Notes: generated by a model not told the origin, from the letters alone. A DNA stretch of 64,000 nucleotides from Clostridia bacterium (GCA_050872785.1 JBNMHO010000001.1:128004-192003), one strand, 5' to 3'. Counted from the stretch's first letter, positions 28,901 through 43,900 are shown. Numbers and translations are program-made.

Positions 28901-31900
28901 TGAATGTGACTTCTTCTATGCTGTCCGTGGCGAAAGCCCCATAGCCGACATTGCCGTTTATGTTAAGAACTGATTTAAGCCCAGACAAGTTTGCAAATGC
29001 CAAGTCTTTTATGCTACTTACTTGTGAAAGCCCAAGGTCAATAGTTTTGATTGTTGGATAGTCTTTAAGTTTTCCAATTCCGATAATATCTTCTGATATG
29101 GAAACTGTGCCGTTTGTAACTTCAAGGGCGTGTGCTGGAACTATAATCTTATCCCCAACTCTTGCTTCGCCTAAGGTTGAAAGCCCTGTTACATATCCGT
29201 TTTCTGTAGTTAGATAGAATGGGTTTGTCCAATCTTGCCACACTGCATAAAGTGTAACATTGCCAGCAAAGTTTGCCGAAGTTAGTCCGTCTTGCGACCA
29301 TTCGGCAACTATTGCATTTTTGTCAGTTGACCAGCCCATAAATTTTGCATATCTTGCGTCTAGGCTTGTGTAATTTGCGTCAGCAATTTCAAAGTCTGCA
29401 AAGAGAATTTGTGCCGCTTCGCTTGACAGAGCCGTTGGCATATTCTTTACGCCCGATACAAAGCCATTTTCTTGTGCCAAAAGAACATTGTGTGAGCCAG
29501 CGTTCAGATTGTATGTTAGATTATAACTATCCACAAAAACTGGATAAATGTTTAAAACTTGTTCGGAATTTCCGTCAAAAGTCATAACTGTTCTAAGTGT
29601 GTCGCTTGAAATTTCAAACATTCCGCCCATTTCAAAATCTCTTGTTTGATTTTGTTTTGTGAAGGAATATCCATATGCAATTTTGCCACAAAGTGATGTG
29701 AGTTCGCTTGAAGTTGGAAGTGCAAGTGTTGCGTCAGTTAGGTCGTTCGCCGTCACTCTGCCAGTCCAAATTGTAGAGCCATCAACAATGTTGACTGTTA
29801 TTTCTTTTGCTCTCCAAACAACAAACATTTCTGTGTCGTTTGAAATCGTTATGTCATTTGTTGCTTCAAGAATTGTGCTGTTTGATCCGTCTGAATTTTG
29901 AGCCAAAGCAACTACTTGGAAGCCCACAAAATTGAAGTAGTTTTCAATTTCTTGCATTGACACTGCCACGACACCTAGGTCATTTGCCGTCACAGTCATT
30001 TGTTCCGCTGTTGCTGCGTTTGTTATTGTCAAAACATAATTTTGCCACACTGGGTATAGGTGCAACTCATTGACATTTAGGACATTATCCACTTCGCCGC
30101 CGTCAAGGATAACTTTGCTTGGATTTTCTGTTTGTTCATAAGACCAGCCGATGAAGTTGGCCATCTTTGCAAGTCCAAGTTCTGCAAGTGTTGGAGCAAT
30201 AGCTTTTGTGCCAAATGAATATTCAACTTGTCTTGCAACACCACCATTTGTGTTGTGGAATATTGCAGTCCAAGTGTCGTCTGCCCACTCTGCATAAAGG
30301 GTTATTTTGCCACTTTCTGCAAGGTTTTTGACGGTTGCCCCGTTTGCATATCTCTCGCCGCTTTCAGTGACCCAGTTTTCAATGTGCTTGCCTTCCACTG
30401 CAAAGGAACTTACAAGTTTAAATTCGCTGTCATAAACAGCAGATATAATTTCGCTATCTTGTCTTCCAGCAAGGTTGATTGCGAGTTCAACTTGATATTC
30501 GTTGGCCGTCCACACGGCATAAAGTGTAACTTCAACTATTTCACCAATATTGTCTGGGTCAAAGTCTGCTACAAGTCTTTCTGGAAGGTTGTAGACTCTT
30601 TCATTTGAGTCAAACTCTGTTCCATTTTCGGCTCTCCATTTTGTAACACTCCAGCCGTTGGCAGAGAATTCTTGAGAAAGCCATTCATAGTTATCAAAAC
30701 TGAACTCTCTTGCAACACTTCCCGCTTGAACTGTTGAAGACGATTGAAGTTCGTCTGAAATGAAGTTGACTGTGTAAGTTTTATTAGTCCAAATTGGTCG
30801 CAAAACAATATTGTCGCTTGGCATTTCAAAAGCCTTTCCGTTTTCGTCAACCCAAACGCCATTTTGCAAAGTGACCGTTGAATTTGTTTGCAAGCAGACA
30901 AAGCCAGAAAGTGAATAATATCTTCTGCTCAAAGCGTCTTTGGCTACACTTAGAATTTGTTGCAAGTGATTTTCTGTGTGCAGATAAACTTTGGTCGAAG
31001 CATTTTCCACCAATGCATTTGTTTTTGAAATTGTCCAGATATTTGACTCGTCTTGTGGAGAGAATGTTGTGTTTTCTGTGCCAAGAAGAATTGTAAGAGT
31101 TCTGTATTCGTCAGAATATTTTGCTCTGATTGTCAAGTCATGCCTTGGCATAACCTTGTCTTTTGTAACTTCCACAATGTCGCCGTTTTCGTCAACAAAT
31201 GTCCAGCAGACAAAGTCATAATTATCCTTTGCACAGACCAGAGCATTGCTTGCAAACATTGTAAGAAGTGGTGTTTTGTATCTGATATCTTTTATCCAAT
31301 AAGTGTTGTCGATGTCAAATGCACCTTGTCCCGAAATCTTGCCGCCCGCTGGGTCAATGGTCAATGTGAAGAAGCTTTGGAAAACATATATCTTTCCGTC
31401 AATGGCTTTAATTCTGTAGTCGTCAATCTTGTCGTCAGTCACGTCAAATCTGAGGACAGATTCGCTCAAGTTTTCTTCATAAGAGCCAATTTCCACTCTG
31501 CCAGTTTCTGATGAAGGATAATTTGCTTCATCTATCAAAATTTTGATTATCTTTTGTCCAGAAATATCGTTTGAAATTACAAATCTTGAGTTGCTTCCAA
31601 CAAGTTTTAATGTGCTTTCAAAATTGCTTTCGCTTTCAAAAGTGAGTTTGCCATATCCCGACAAAACGACATAACTTTGTGCCTTGCCGATTGTTGCGGA
31701 ATTATCTTTTACAACCACTCTGCCAAAGACCGTTTGCGAACTTGAGCCGACAAATATTTCTTGGTCATTGTTTGATATCGTCCCGCCATTTATGTTGAGT
31801 GTGCCACGTAAAACTGCTACGCCGCCACCCGTTGTATTTTCTGAAATTGTGCCAGAAAGAATAACAACAATATGCTTGTCAGAAGTTTTTGACATGTCAC

Positions 31901-34900
31901 CTATTGCAATTCCGCCGCCATAGGTCGCAGAGTTGTTTTTGATAACTGCTCCAGAAATTACAATGTTGCCGTTTGAAAGCCCTGCTTGGCTGTCGCCGTC
32001 ATAATACACGCCGCCGCCATAGCCTGTCGCCACGTTGCTCAAAATTTCTGTCCCTTCGCCAATTACTGCTCTGCCGCAGTTTTCTGCAAAATACAACCCA
32101 GCACCATTTGTTGCATTGTTTTCTCTGACTTCTGTGTTTGTCATTTCAAAAGTGCCACTTCCGCCAAAGTAAACGCCAGCACCATTTGTCCCTTTGTTGT
32201 TTGAAATTGTGCCGCCAGTTGCAAGGAATGAGTTGTTTTCAACATAAATTCCGCCGCCATAAGTTGCATGGTTATCCGTTATTGTTGTTCCGTCAGCTAT
32301 TTCAATGCCACCCACTGCATAAACACCGCCGCCATTTTCTGTTGCCTCGTTTGAAGAAATTATAGCACCAGATAAAACAAGTTTGCCCACAGCATACACG
32401 CCAGCACCATTTGTCCCTTTGTTGTTTTGGACAAACACGCCGCCACCCAGTGTAAGTGTTCCGCTTGCGACATAAATTGCACTTTCACTTGACAAAACTT
32501 GTGATTTGCTGCCGTCAAAGATAATGTTTTCTACTTCAATATCTCCCGCGAATTCAAACATGTGACCAGTAAAGCCACTGCCTCGTGTAAATTGAGTTTG
32601 ATAAATTGAGGTTATAGAAATATTGCTATTAAATTTGTAAGTCTTCGATACGTCAATTCTTTCGCTTACGAATGATAGCACATCGCCCGCAACAGTTCTT
32701 GCTGTGCCGTCAAGCGAGAACAATGCCTTGCTGTCATCGGACTCAAATGTTGTAAAGTAAATTCTATTTACTCCGTCTTCTGCCGAGGCGTCCTGTCTAT
32801 CCACATAAGCCACAACCTCTTCCCAGTAACATTCAAAGACTAGGGTTGTTGCTTCTTCAATGTTATATGCTCTTGAAACAGCTCTTTTTGTGTCGCTTGA
32901 CTTTCTGCCCACATAAACATAACTTATTGCGCAGTTATATTTTGTGAAGTCTTTTGCCATTTCTTTGAAACTAAATCTCAAGTCGCCTTGTTTTAATGTA
33001 TATTTCCAGCCAGCAACTGTGTTGCCGTTTTCTGTTTCTTCAAATCTTTCTGCCTGAGAGAAGTTGCTTGATTGTGTTTCATTTGCTTCGCCTTCGCCAG
33101 CATAAACTTTAATCTCCACAATATTTGGCTCCCAACAAGCAACAAAGACTATTGTATTTTTGTCTGCATAGGTGCCTTTGTCTGTTAGGTGTCCACGGCA
33201 AATGGCAGTGTAGGCGTCAAACCATGTGTAATTTGTATCCCCAACATATTCGCCATATTCGTCAAGAATTCTATCAAATTTAAGTGGAGAGTTTGCAATG
33301 TTAAATGTTGACATTCCATTTGGGTCTGCCTTAACAAACACACCCGTTCTTATAACATTCAAACTGCCAAGAGTTTCTGCACCCGCAGTGTTTGCTTCGA
33401 CCAAATATCCAAGTTCCCACCTGTCAAAGTGATGATAAACCATTGGGTTTGAGATAAGTTCTTTTGCGTTGAGTGTTGCGTCTTGATTTACACTGACTTC
33501 TGCAACCTTTGCAAAAGAAGTAGAAAGTCGTCCAGTCTGTTTGTCTGCTTTTTGATAAACAATGTTAACTTGGAAGTTCACTTCTTTCCACTGTGCTTGA
33601 ATTACAAGAGTTTCCACTGGGAAGTTGGTCACAGTTCTATTCCAAGTTCTGCCAGAATAGTCGGAATCTGTTGTTAAAGTTGTGAAGTTTTCAAGCAAAC
33701 TCCAGCCGAATTCTTTGCCCAAAATGTTATCAAGGAACGAAAAGTCTGTCTTCCCCACAAGTGAGATATTAAACTGACCATTTATTTCTTCGCCTTCATA
33801 AACAACAGTTTTGCCATTTGTGTCAATGGTTATGCTTTCTGCAATTTTGCCCACGAGCAAGTAGTTATCTCTGCCATACAAGCAATAGCCCGAAAGCCCC
33901 TCAAGAGTAAACATATTCATGCCAGTTTGTCTTTGTGACCTGTCGCCAAATTCTGCCACAATCCAATTTGCAAGCAAGGCTTCTTCTGTCATAACTGTTC
34001 CCGTCTTGTCGCTTGCAGTGACGATTGCAATATTTTGCACGCCAGAAATAGCCTTTTCGACAGATATTCTAGCATTATTAAATAGATAAATCTTAGCGCC
34101 AAAGTAGCCGCTTGTTATGTCTGACAAGATGTTTAGTCCAGTTTTATCATTTCCGCCAACAAATATGCCGCCATAAACATTTGCACTTGAGGCATTAACT
34201 ACGCCGCCATTTTCGATGTAAATTGAGTATGGATAACTATCTGTGTTTACTGTTCCGACCGTGCCACCTTTAAGTGTAACAACGCCGTTTGCAGCAACAT
34301 AAATTTCAGAGCCAAGTGGAGTTACTTTGTCATAAGTGCCACTTGTGTCGCCCGCTTTGTTGTCTGTAACTGTGCCAAAGAGCAAAACGACTTCTTTTGT
34401 GGAAGCAATATACAAACCGCCGCCAAAGCCCGCTGTGTTGTTTGTGATAACAAAATTCTTCTTATTTATGACGTCAATAGAGCCATTGTCGCCAACATAA
34501 ATTGCACCGCCGTTGTTTGTGACTTGGTTGTTTGAAAGAGTGATTGGGTCAGTTTGTGTTGAGCCAAAGAAATTGAATTTTGCATTGCCCAAAACCGCAA
34601 CTGCACCGCCGTTTCTTGCCTTGTTATTTGACACAGAAACACCAAGATTTAAGGCACCATTTTCGCCCACGGCAAATGCCCCACCATAAGTTGTGCTGAT
34701 GTTGGTGTTGCCATTTTTAATGTAATATCCGTTCTTTTCAAATTTTGCTTCGCCACCAATGGAAACGCTTGCACTTCCGCCAACATAAATTGCACCGCCA
34801 TAAGTTGTTTCACCCGTTTTTGAAGTTGTGTAGTTGCCAGTAAACACGCCGCCAGTTATTCTTCCGCCGTCAGTGTTTTCTGAACCTGAGTTTGTTCCCT

Positions 34901-37900
34901 TTGAAATAGCAACCGCTCCGCCGTAGTTTTCAGAGAAGTTATTTTCAAATGTTCCGCCAGAGATGTCAACTCGGCCGTCACAACTTACTGCTCCGCCTTG
35001 CGCTTTGACTGTTGCGCCTTGATTTATTGCAGAGTTAGATGTAAACATTCCGCTTGAAATGCTTAAATTTCCTTTTGCGAAAACTGCACCACCAACTGTT
35101 GCAGAGTTTGAGGTGAATACAATGTCACTATTTGAAATTGTAACAGAGTTTGCGCTATACACTGCCCCGCCATACAAAGTTGCTGAGTTTGAAGTGAAAG
35201 TCATTTGACTTGAAAGAGTAACGCTGTCTTCAAAGTAAATTGCACCGCCGTTGCCGCTTGCAGAGTTCGTTGTGAATGTTACATTGTCAAATGAAACTAC
35301 AGCCCCGCTTGCAACATACATTGCACCGCCATTTGTTGCAATAGAATTTGTGAAAGTTGCACCGCTGACACTAACTGTAGCCCCGCTTGCAACATACATC
35401 GCTCCGCCCATATTTGCACTAAGATTGCCACGTGAGCCAAATGTTGTGCCGACTATATTAACATTGCTGCCCGCCGCTGCATAGACCGCACCGCCGCTCT
35501 CGGTTGCTGTAAGGTTGTTAAGTGCAAATGCTCCAAGAGTAACCGTGCCTTGGGCATAAATTGCTGCACCCGAAGTTGCTGTGTTGTCGGACAAAACAAG
35601 TCCGTCTTTTGCAACAAATATTCCACCCGTGGAAACTTTTATAAGCGAGTCGGAAGATGTTTGTTTGCCTTTTATGGACAATAGAGTTGTATCACTTGAC
35701 GAAGTTACGTTGCCAAGTGTAAGACTTCCGCCAGAAAGAATGTTGAACATATTGCCCGTCAAACTTTCGCTTGCGGAGATTGCGTAACTGCTGTTTGACA
35801 CAACAAGAATATTCTTTGAAACACTAATTGTGTTTGCCACTTCGCAGTTGTCTATAAGAACAACTTTATATTGTCCGTCAACATTTCTAACGACACCCGC
35901 TTCAATGTCTTCAAATGCTTTTTCAAGAGAGAGATAGTAAACATTTTTTCTCTCAGTTCCGAATGTTGCCCCGTTTTCTACATAGCAAGTTGCCTTGTTC
36001 CAAATTGCATAAAGTGTAAAGTCTTCTTTCATTGTGACTTCTACAACTTCCCCTGGCATGAAGTCTGGTTCTGTTGCAAGTGGGTCAAAAGCAAAGCCCG
36101 CTAGTAGATAATCTTTTCTTGCAAAGAACACTTCTTCGTCACCATAAGTCACAGAGTTTGTGGCAGTTGGAAGTGTAAACTTTTCGCCAACATATTTGTC
36201 AAATTCCGCTTTAACTGTGCCAGCGTTTGTGCTATCGGTGTAGTTGTTCCTTAAAGTTACAGTTTTGCTAATTGGGCTGAAACGTATTTCAAAAACAATA
36301 TTTCTTCCGCTGACTGTGTCAACACCCGCTGTTGTCATATCGAATGTTGCTCCAGCAGAATATTTCTTGCCGTTAAAGACAAAACTTTCAAATCTGAAGC
36401 CGTCTGGTCTGTTGACTGCACGAAGTGTCCAAGTTTCGCCGTTTATGATAAATGAATATTTCCCGTTTTGCTCTGCAACGTCAAATTGTTGTTCGCCAAC
36501 TGCAATCTTCTTTGGATAGAAATAATCATTTTCAGCAAATGTTTCCCCTTCGCCCGTTGCAACTGGAGAAATTTTGCCAAATGCTTCTTCGTCAAATCTA
36601 ACAAAAGCAGTTTTTCTTGTTGGCTCGACATAATATGTTGTGCCGTTTGCGACAAAGAAATAAAGCCTTTGTTGTTCGTTGTATTCTAGTCTGTTTGTTT
36701 CCGAGTTGCCTCTTACATATTTGTTGCCTTCAAACACAACAGAAGCAACTGACGCTCCGTCATAATTAACTTCAGAAAGCGTTACAATCTTAACTGCTTC
36801 CAGTTTGTTAATTTCGTCAAGAGTTGGAAGTTGCACTTGTCCAAAGTCGCCGCCCGTCAAATTGAAACTAATTCTGTAGTCTGACGCTGGCACACCGCCC
36901 ACTTCATAGGACAAAATATTTCTTCCACCGAAGATGTTGTCATATTTGTAACTTATTGTATATTTTGCTGGCTTCCAAACTGCATAAAGGAAGATGTCGC
37001 ACGCAATATATTTTTCTTGAGTTTCAAACCAGTCGTTTTGTGCTTCTTCAAGTGTTCTGTCATAATGCAATGCGAAGTTAAACATTCCCGAATATTCGCC
37101 ACCTGCATTTTGCATTTCTTGATAAATATCAACAAAGTTATCTGGCTCAAGGCGGTCGCTTGTTATTATGCTATAATAAGCCCAGCCGACAAATTCATAG
37201 TCGAATTTTCTTGGCACTCTTGCTTCAATTTGTTCAATTACGCCACTCGATTTTACATCAGCATTATACTTAAATTTAATTTCCGATTCTTCAAAATTAT
37301 CTTGAGATAGGTCGCACAGGTGAAGTGTGTAATCTTGGAAGTAAAGCACGAGTTTTGTTTCTGTGTCATGCTTTGCAAAAAGATAATTTGTCGTGTCGCC
37401 TGGGACAAAAATCTCCTCAAGATTTTCCCATTTTGCCGTTGAATATTGTTGATAATCTACAACAGTAAGACCCAGTTGAGCGGTTAAGTTCTCTGTGTCA
37501 CGCTCGAAGGATATAGCAAGATTTTTGCCGCCATTTGTAAAGTATTCATAATCAGAACTTGAAACAAGTCTGGCTCTGACTGTAAGAGGGGTAAATGTTT
37601 CGGTCATTCCCTCAGATTTAACATATTTTACAAAGAATTGTTCCAATGTTCCAAAGTTATTTTCGCCAAGGATAACGAATGTTGCTCCGTTGTAGATTGT
37701 TGCACTGGAATATGTTGAAGCAATGTCTTTCTTTTTGTTATTGTCTGTTGTTATTCCTTGAACGGTCACTGACCCCAAGTTATAAATTGTTGCAAATTCT
37801 TGTGCGGTGTTGTCATAGATATTTCCGCCTTGCCATGTAACTTCGCCCGACGCTGTTACATACATAACACCCGCCACTTGAGCTTCGTTCCCAGAAGCAT

Positions 37901-40900
37901 TGACTAGGCAAGGAATGTCTGCTGGAAGTGACTCCTCAAGGTTAAATTGCAAGTTGTCTTTGAGCATGTAATATTTTGTAGGCTCGCTGTCGTCTGTTGA
38001 AGTGACTGAGTAATAATATTTGTCATAATGTTCCGTTGCAGAAGTTATTGTGTCTCCCTTTCTATTGACGTAATTTCCGTCTGAACCCATTGCTTGCAAA
38101 TAGATAGGCACACCAGTTGATTCGCCGTCTTCATCAACTTCATAATAGTCAACAAATTTGTCGTCTGACGTTTTGTCAATATGATAACCCATCTTTGTTC
38201 TTAAGACGCCGTTTACATATTCCCACCTTTTTGCGAATGTTGAAACATTTTGCATTTCGCACTTGCCAGCGATGTGGAATGCTCCGCCATAATTTGCTTC
38301 GTTTCCATACAATTTAACATTTTCAAGACGCAAAAGTCCAGTGTTCAAGTTTATGCCGCCGCCATATGTTTCTGCGTCATCTGAGATTGCTAAGTTATTT
38401 GTTATGAATGCATATCTTATTGTGCTTGCACTGCTTGGCGAGCCAGAAATATAGACACCTGCACCTAAGAGGGCTTTGTTACCATTGATATTTGTCCATT
38501 CTGTTTCATTTTTTGGAGTGAAACTTATGTTGCTGTTTATGGCAATTCTTGCTAGGTCAAGAACACAAATGCCGCCACCCGTTTGGGCTGTGTTTTGAGT
38601 AAAGGACGATTGTGAAATATTTACAAGCACATCACTTCCACTTGCAACAAGTCCGCCACCAAATTCGTCTGCAGTGTTTCCGTCAAAGGAACAATTTGTC
38701 AAACTGTGAGCAACACTTGAAATGCCACCATAAATTGCCATTGCCCCGCCAGATTTTGCCGAGTTGCCGCCAGTGAACTGAGCGTTTGTGGTGGTTATCA
38801 AACTTTGAGTTCCGACATACACGCCGCCGCCGAAGTTGCTTGCAGTGTTTGCAACATAGGAAGCATTGCTAAGTCTAAGTTCAGATTTTTCAATATAAAT
38901 TGCCCCGCCATGCCCGTAGGTTGCTTTGTTTTGATTAAATCTTGCAAGAGAGTTTTCTCTGCCAGCGATTGTATTTGTTTCTTCAACACAATTTCTAAGA
39001 GCAATAGCACCGCCAATTTTTGCAGTGTTGTTTGTCCATTCCAAGTCACGAGTTGTGCTTGAGATGTCAAGTTTTACGCTTTCGGCATAAATTGCACCGC
39101 CATATGTGTTAGCAAGGTTCCCTGTGAAAATTCCGCCATGGAGTGAAAGATTTCCGCCAAGCATTGCAATGGCACCGCCAAGACCTTCTGTTCCCGAAAC
39201 AGAGCAGCCAGTGAATGTTGCGTAGTCAATATTGATTATTGAACTATCTGCATAGATTGCACCACCCATTGCTTGAGAGGAAGTATATGTGTTTTTGCAG
39301 TCATTAAAGGCCACGTTGTCGATGTTGACTGTTGCGTGTGCTGCATTTATCACGCTGCCATATTGCGTGGAAGAATTTGTTATGCCCGAGAACACAACAT
39401 TGTCTTTTATGTCAATATTTCCGCCATTAGTTAAAATCAAAACATCTTTTGCATTTCTTGAATTTTGTTCGACAAAAGTAAGGCTATTTAAATCACCGCC
39501 CATTAGGACCAAACTGCCAGACACGTTGAACATATTGCCAGTGAGTCCGCTTGCACGATAAATTGTAACATTGCTTGAAGCAAGTTTGAGAGTAAGTTTT
39601 TGGTCTTCAAGAATATTTAATGTTTGTCCAATAGTCAAAGTTGTTTCATTTGGCTGCACAACAACCATAACTCCGTCAGCGGAAGTTGAATGGCTTGCAG
39701 CGTTTGGTGCTTTGTCATTCAAAGCGTCTTGCAACGCCATATCCAAACTTGCATAATATTTGTGGAAGCCTGTGCTGTAATAATCTTTTATGTATGCACA
39801 AGCACTTGCCCAAACAACTTCAAATTCAACAATTTCGCTGTCAATTTTCATACTTAATGGGGTTTCTTTTCTTTCACCTTTATACAGATAATATGAAACA
39901 TACTTCCCGTCAAGATAGATATCGTCAAAACTTGGCATTGTATATTGTGAGCCAATGGTGTATGATGTGTCGTCTTGAAGATAAGCCGTGTCATCTTCTT
40001 TTACAAGTTTATAATTTTCAGAACCGATGTATCTTGCATTTATATTGCCAAGATTTATTTTAATGGTTGCCACATTGCTTTGCCACACGGCATAAACTTC
40101 TATTGTAACGCCGTCAATTATTGCATTTACAACGTCACTTAGGTCAGCCCCTTCGGATAACACAAAGTTATATCCCAAGTCATATTGTTTTGTGAGGTTA
40201 TTTTTAAGTTTTATAACATATCCAACATGATTGTATTCTGCCCTTTTCCAAGATGTAGTTTGTGGGAATTCAACAGTTTCGCCATAAGTTGCATTGACGA
40301 CTATTGCGCCGCCATAAGTTTGTGACGAGCCCATAGCATTGCTGTTAAATCTTATTGTATAAGCATATGGCTTCCAAATTGCAAAGAATGTTATATTTTC
40401 GTTTGCAAGATTTGAAACAGTTACATTTGGAGAGGCAAAAGTTGGGCGATACAAATCGCTATCGCTTCCGCCACCAGTGACATAGTCGTCATAATCTACA
40501 AAGTTGCTTGACCAGCCAAGGAAAATGTAACCCTTCTTAAATGGGCCAAGGTCACTTTGGGTCGTTTGATTTTTTGCAGTTGGCAAAGTTACAGAATAAC
40601 TATCTCCATTTGCTTCAAGATTTTTTGCTGCAATTTCTGTTGCACTAGAGCCATAAATTCCGCCGTTTAGGTCGAAATATGCTTTTGCTTGTGACCAAAT
40701 TGCATAAACCGTGAACACATCTCTCTTGTCAATTTCAAAGTCTTTCAAGCAATAGTTAACTGTTGAGTTTTCGTCTTCCCAGCCGCCGAAAGTTCCTGTT
40801 CCAGTTGCTGTTACAAGTTTTAGGTCGCTTGCTTTTATTTTTTGACCGAATTTAACTCTAACTGCAATCTTCCCGTCATATTCCGTTTGAGTGCCGCCGA

Positions 40901-43900
40901 CATTTGAAAGGAACGCATTAAAGTTGCTGTCCAAGTTCACACTGCCGTCCTTTGCGTCAAACACAAACATGACATTGTTTCCCAGCCACTCTACTTCAAA
41001 ATATCTATCCAAACTTGCCGCCACATCACTGTTTGCCACTTCAAAGCTTTCTCTTTCAAAGTTTGCAAAGACTTCCGAACTGATATTTATTTTCTTATAA
41101 GCAGTTGTCCAAGAGATAAGTTGAGTTCTGTCACTGCTTGCTATCCAGACAAGATTATCATAGGAACTTGTTTCAAAGGTGTCTTTAACCTTTCCGCCGT
41201 TGCCGTCAATAACGACTTTCACATCGTTGTAAACTGCATAAAGCACAAATGTTTGGGCGGCTTTTATGTCTTCGCTGTTTGACAAAACATAGGACAACAT
41301 ATTGCCGCTATTTTCGATAGGAGTGACATTTATATCTCCGCCGTCTGTCACCGACCAGCCAGCAAAGGTCATATCCCCCTTAAATATTTTTGTTGTGTCA
41401 ATGTTGACATTTGTTAGGTCAAAGCCCGCACGCAAAAGCGAGTATTCAATGTCAAAAGTTATGTTAAAGAAATATGTTCCAGTGCCACCATAATTTGCAT
41501 AGTTATATTCAAAGTCTGCCGCTCTGTCACCCTTATATTCGCCACCCAAGAGTTCAAGTCTAACGGAGTAAATATTTTCCACCCAGTTGCTGCTGAATAC
41601 AATTTCGTCTGCGTCAAAGTCTGCTTGCACAAAGAGGTTGTTTGTGCGAGAAAATTTAATCGTGTAGTCTTTTGGAATAACTCTTGAATTGTGAGAGAAG
41701 CCGTCAAAGTTATATACAAGCCCAGTATTTTCGTTGTAATAACTTGCAAAGTCTTCCTCATTAAACAAACTTGAAAGTGCAATTTCGCTGTCATATTTTA
41801 CAGTTTTTGTTGTAACAAATTTGCCAAACTCGTCAGTGAATTTGACTGTCACATCATTTTGCTCCCAAACTGGATACAAATCTACTGTGCCGTTTAGGTC
41901 GTATGTAAAGTTGAAAGTTCCACTTGGGCTGACAACCTCAACTGCCACTTCGCCTGTGTTTGGGTCTGTTATAACATTGCCATCATTATCCTTAATTTCC
42001 TGAGTTGTAAACAAGAAGACATTTCCGCCCACGCCTCTTATTTGATTTGCCACATTTTTCTCTGTTGTCCAGCCGACATGTGTCCAGCCGTCAAGGCTAA
42101 GTTGTCCCGCAAGAGTTGATAGTTCATAGCAGTAGAAAGTGCTTGAACCCATGTAGCCCGAGATATTTCCCGTTGCGTCTGCTGAGTATCCATTTGCCTT
42201 TTGTGGGAGGGCGTCTGTGCCGCTTTGATAATTTACGGTGTAATAGTTATTTGCCCACGCAAGAGTAAGCCAAATTTCAAAATGTCCGCCGTTTGTGTCA
42301 GAGGTGTAGAGTTTGTCAAAGTCCATACTTGAAGTGTCAACATCTCTAGACAATCTATAGCCGTCTTTGCTCACATAGACCGAGTCAGTTGGAGTTGTGT
42401 TTTCTTTGCCCGAGTAGTCAAGAAGCAAACGATAAGTAAAGTTCTTGCCAAGGACAGAAAGTTCTGGATAGTTTGCAAGCAAAATATTATCACCCAGTTT
42501 AAGATTTGAAACAACAAGTCTGCCCTCTGAGTCAATGCTCATTGTTGAACTGTCAAAGTTTTCAAGGTCTGCAGAATATTTTACAGTTTCGCTGCCGCCG
42601 ACCTTGCTGCCCGATGGGTCAATTACAAGTCTAATTTCTTTGCTTTCCCAAACGATTGAAAGTTCAATGTCAGTTGATGGCATACGGAACGAACGTTGTT
42701 TTAGAAGATAAGTCCCCTTTTCGTTTTCTGGAATGACGACATTTGTTTGATAATACACTGCCCTCATAACTGGATAAGTTTTGCCAAGGTCGTCTGTGTG
42801 AACAAGAGCATTTAGGTTTATTCCGCTCAAATTAACATCTGACGCATAGTCCACTCTAAATGTTGCTTCACTTGCGTTCACATAGTCCGTGCCGTGGATA
42901 TTGCCAGTAAATGTGGTGTCATTAAACTTAATTTTAACTTCAAAGTCTGTTGGCACCCAAACGCCATAGAATTCATACACATCGCTATAGCCAAAACTTG
43001 CCATATCGAAAATGCTGTTTTCCGAATTGAAAATCATTTCTTCTGCTGAATTTTTAAGCACAAAATAACTGAATTTGCAACCCAAAAATTCTTCATCATT
43101 GCTAAAGTGATAAAAATATTTTGAAAGGTCAATTCTTTGACCAAAGTTGACAGTCGCAGTGCTTTCTCTTTCACCGATGTTATATTTGTTTTGGCTCATG
43201 TAGAAGTCAAAGGACACTTCGTCCCCCAGCCAATCGCAATATAGATATGCAACTTTTGCTGACCTATCGACATTAAAGTATTCTTCCAAAAGTGCAACGG
43301 TCAAGTTATCGCAATCATAAGTGTATGCCCCACTGTTTAGGCTGCTTCTATAGCCATTTATTGTATAATGTTCTCTTGAGAAATTTACATATCCGCCACC
43401 AATTTTGTAGGCGTAACCGTCAAGTCTTATTTCTCTTTCGAACATGACTTCAGAGCCATAAGGAATTTTTGCCACTGCTTGATAATTATCGTCAAGAGAA
43501 TTGTAAACTCTTATTTCAATAATTTCATTATAGTTTGCAACATATCTTATAGGTTCAGAAGTTGGGCAACTTTCTGTTGAAGTTGGAGCCTTTGTTTCCG
43601 AGCCTTTTGTGTAGTTTTTCAGAACATAATCTGGACGAGAAATATATTCCGCACTTGGAAGTGTGAATGTTTGTCCAACATAGACATAAATTTTAAGAAG
43701 ATTTCCGACCATTTCAAATCGTTGAATATTTGTTTTATGTTCGTCTGTGCTTATGGTGTAAAGTGCTGCCAAGTCGCCATTTACGCCGTTGTTGTAGAAT
43801 ACGCCATTTGTTCCTAGGTCAATGGTGACTGTTGCAACGTTAAGGTCCCAATGAGCATAAAGATTTAGAGTATATGTTCCGTTTTGTTCCACAACGCCAT

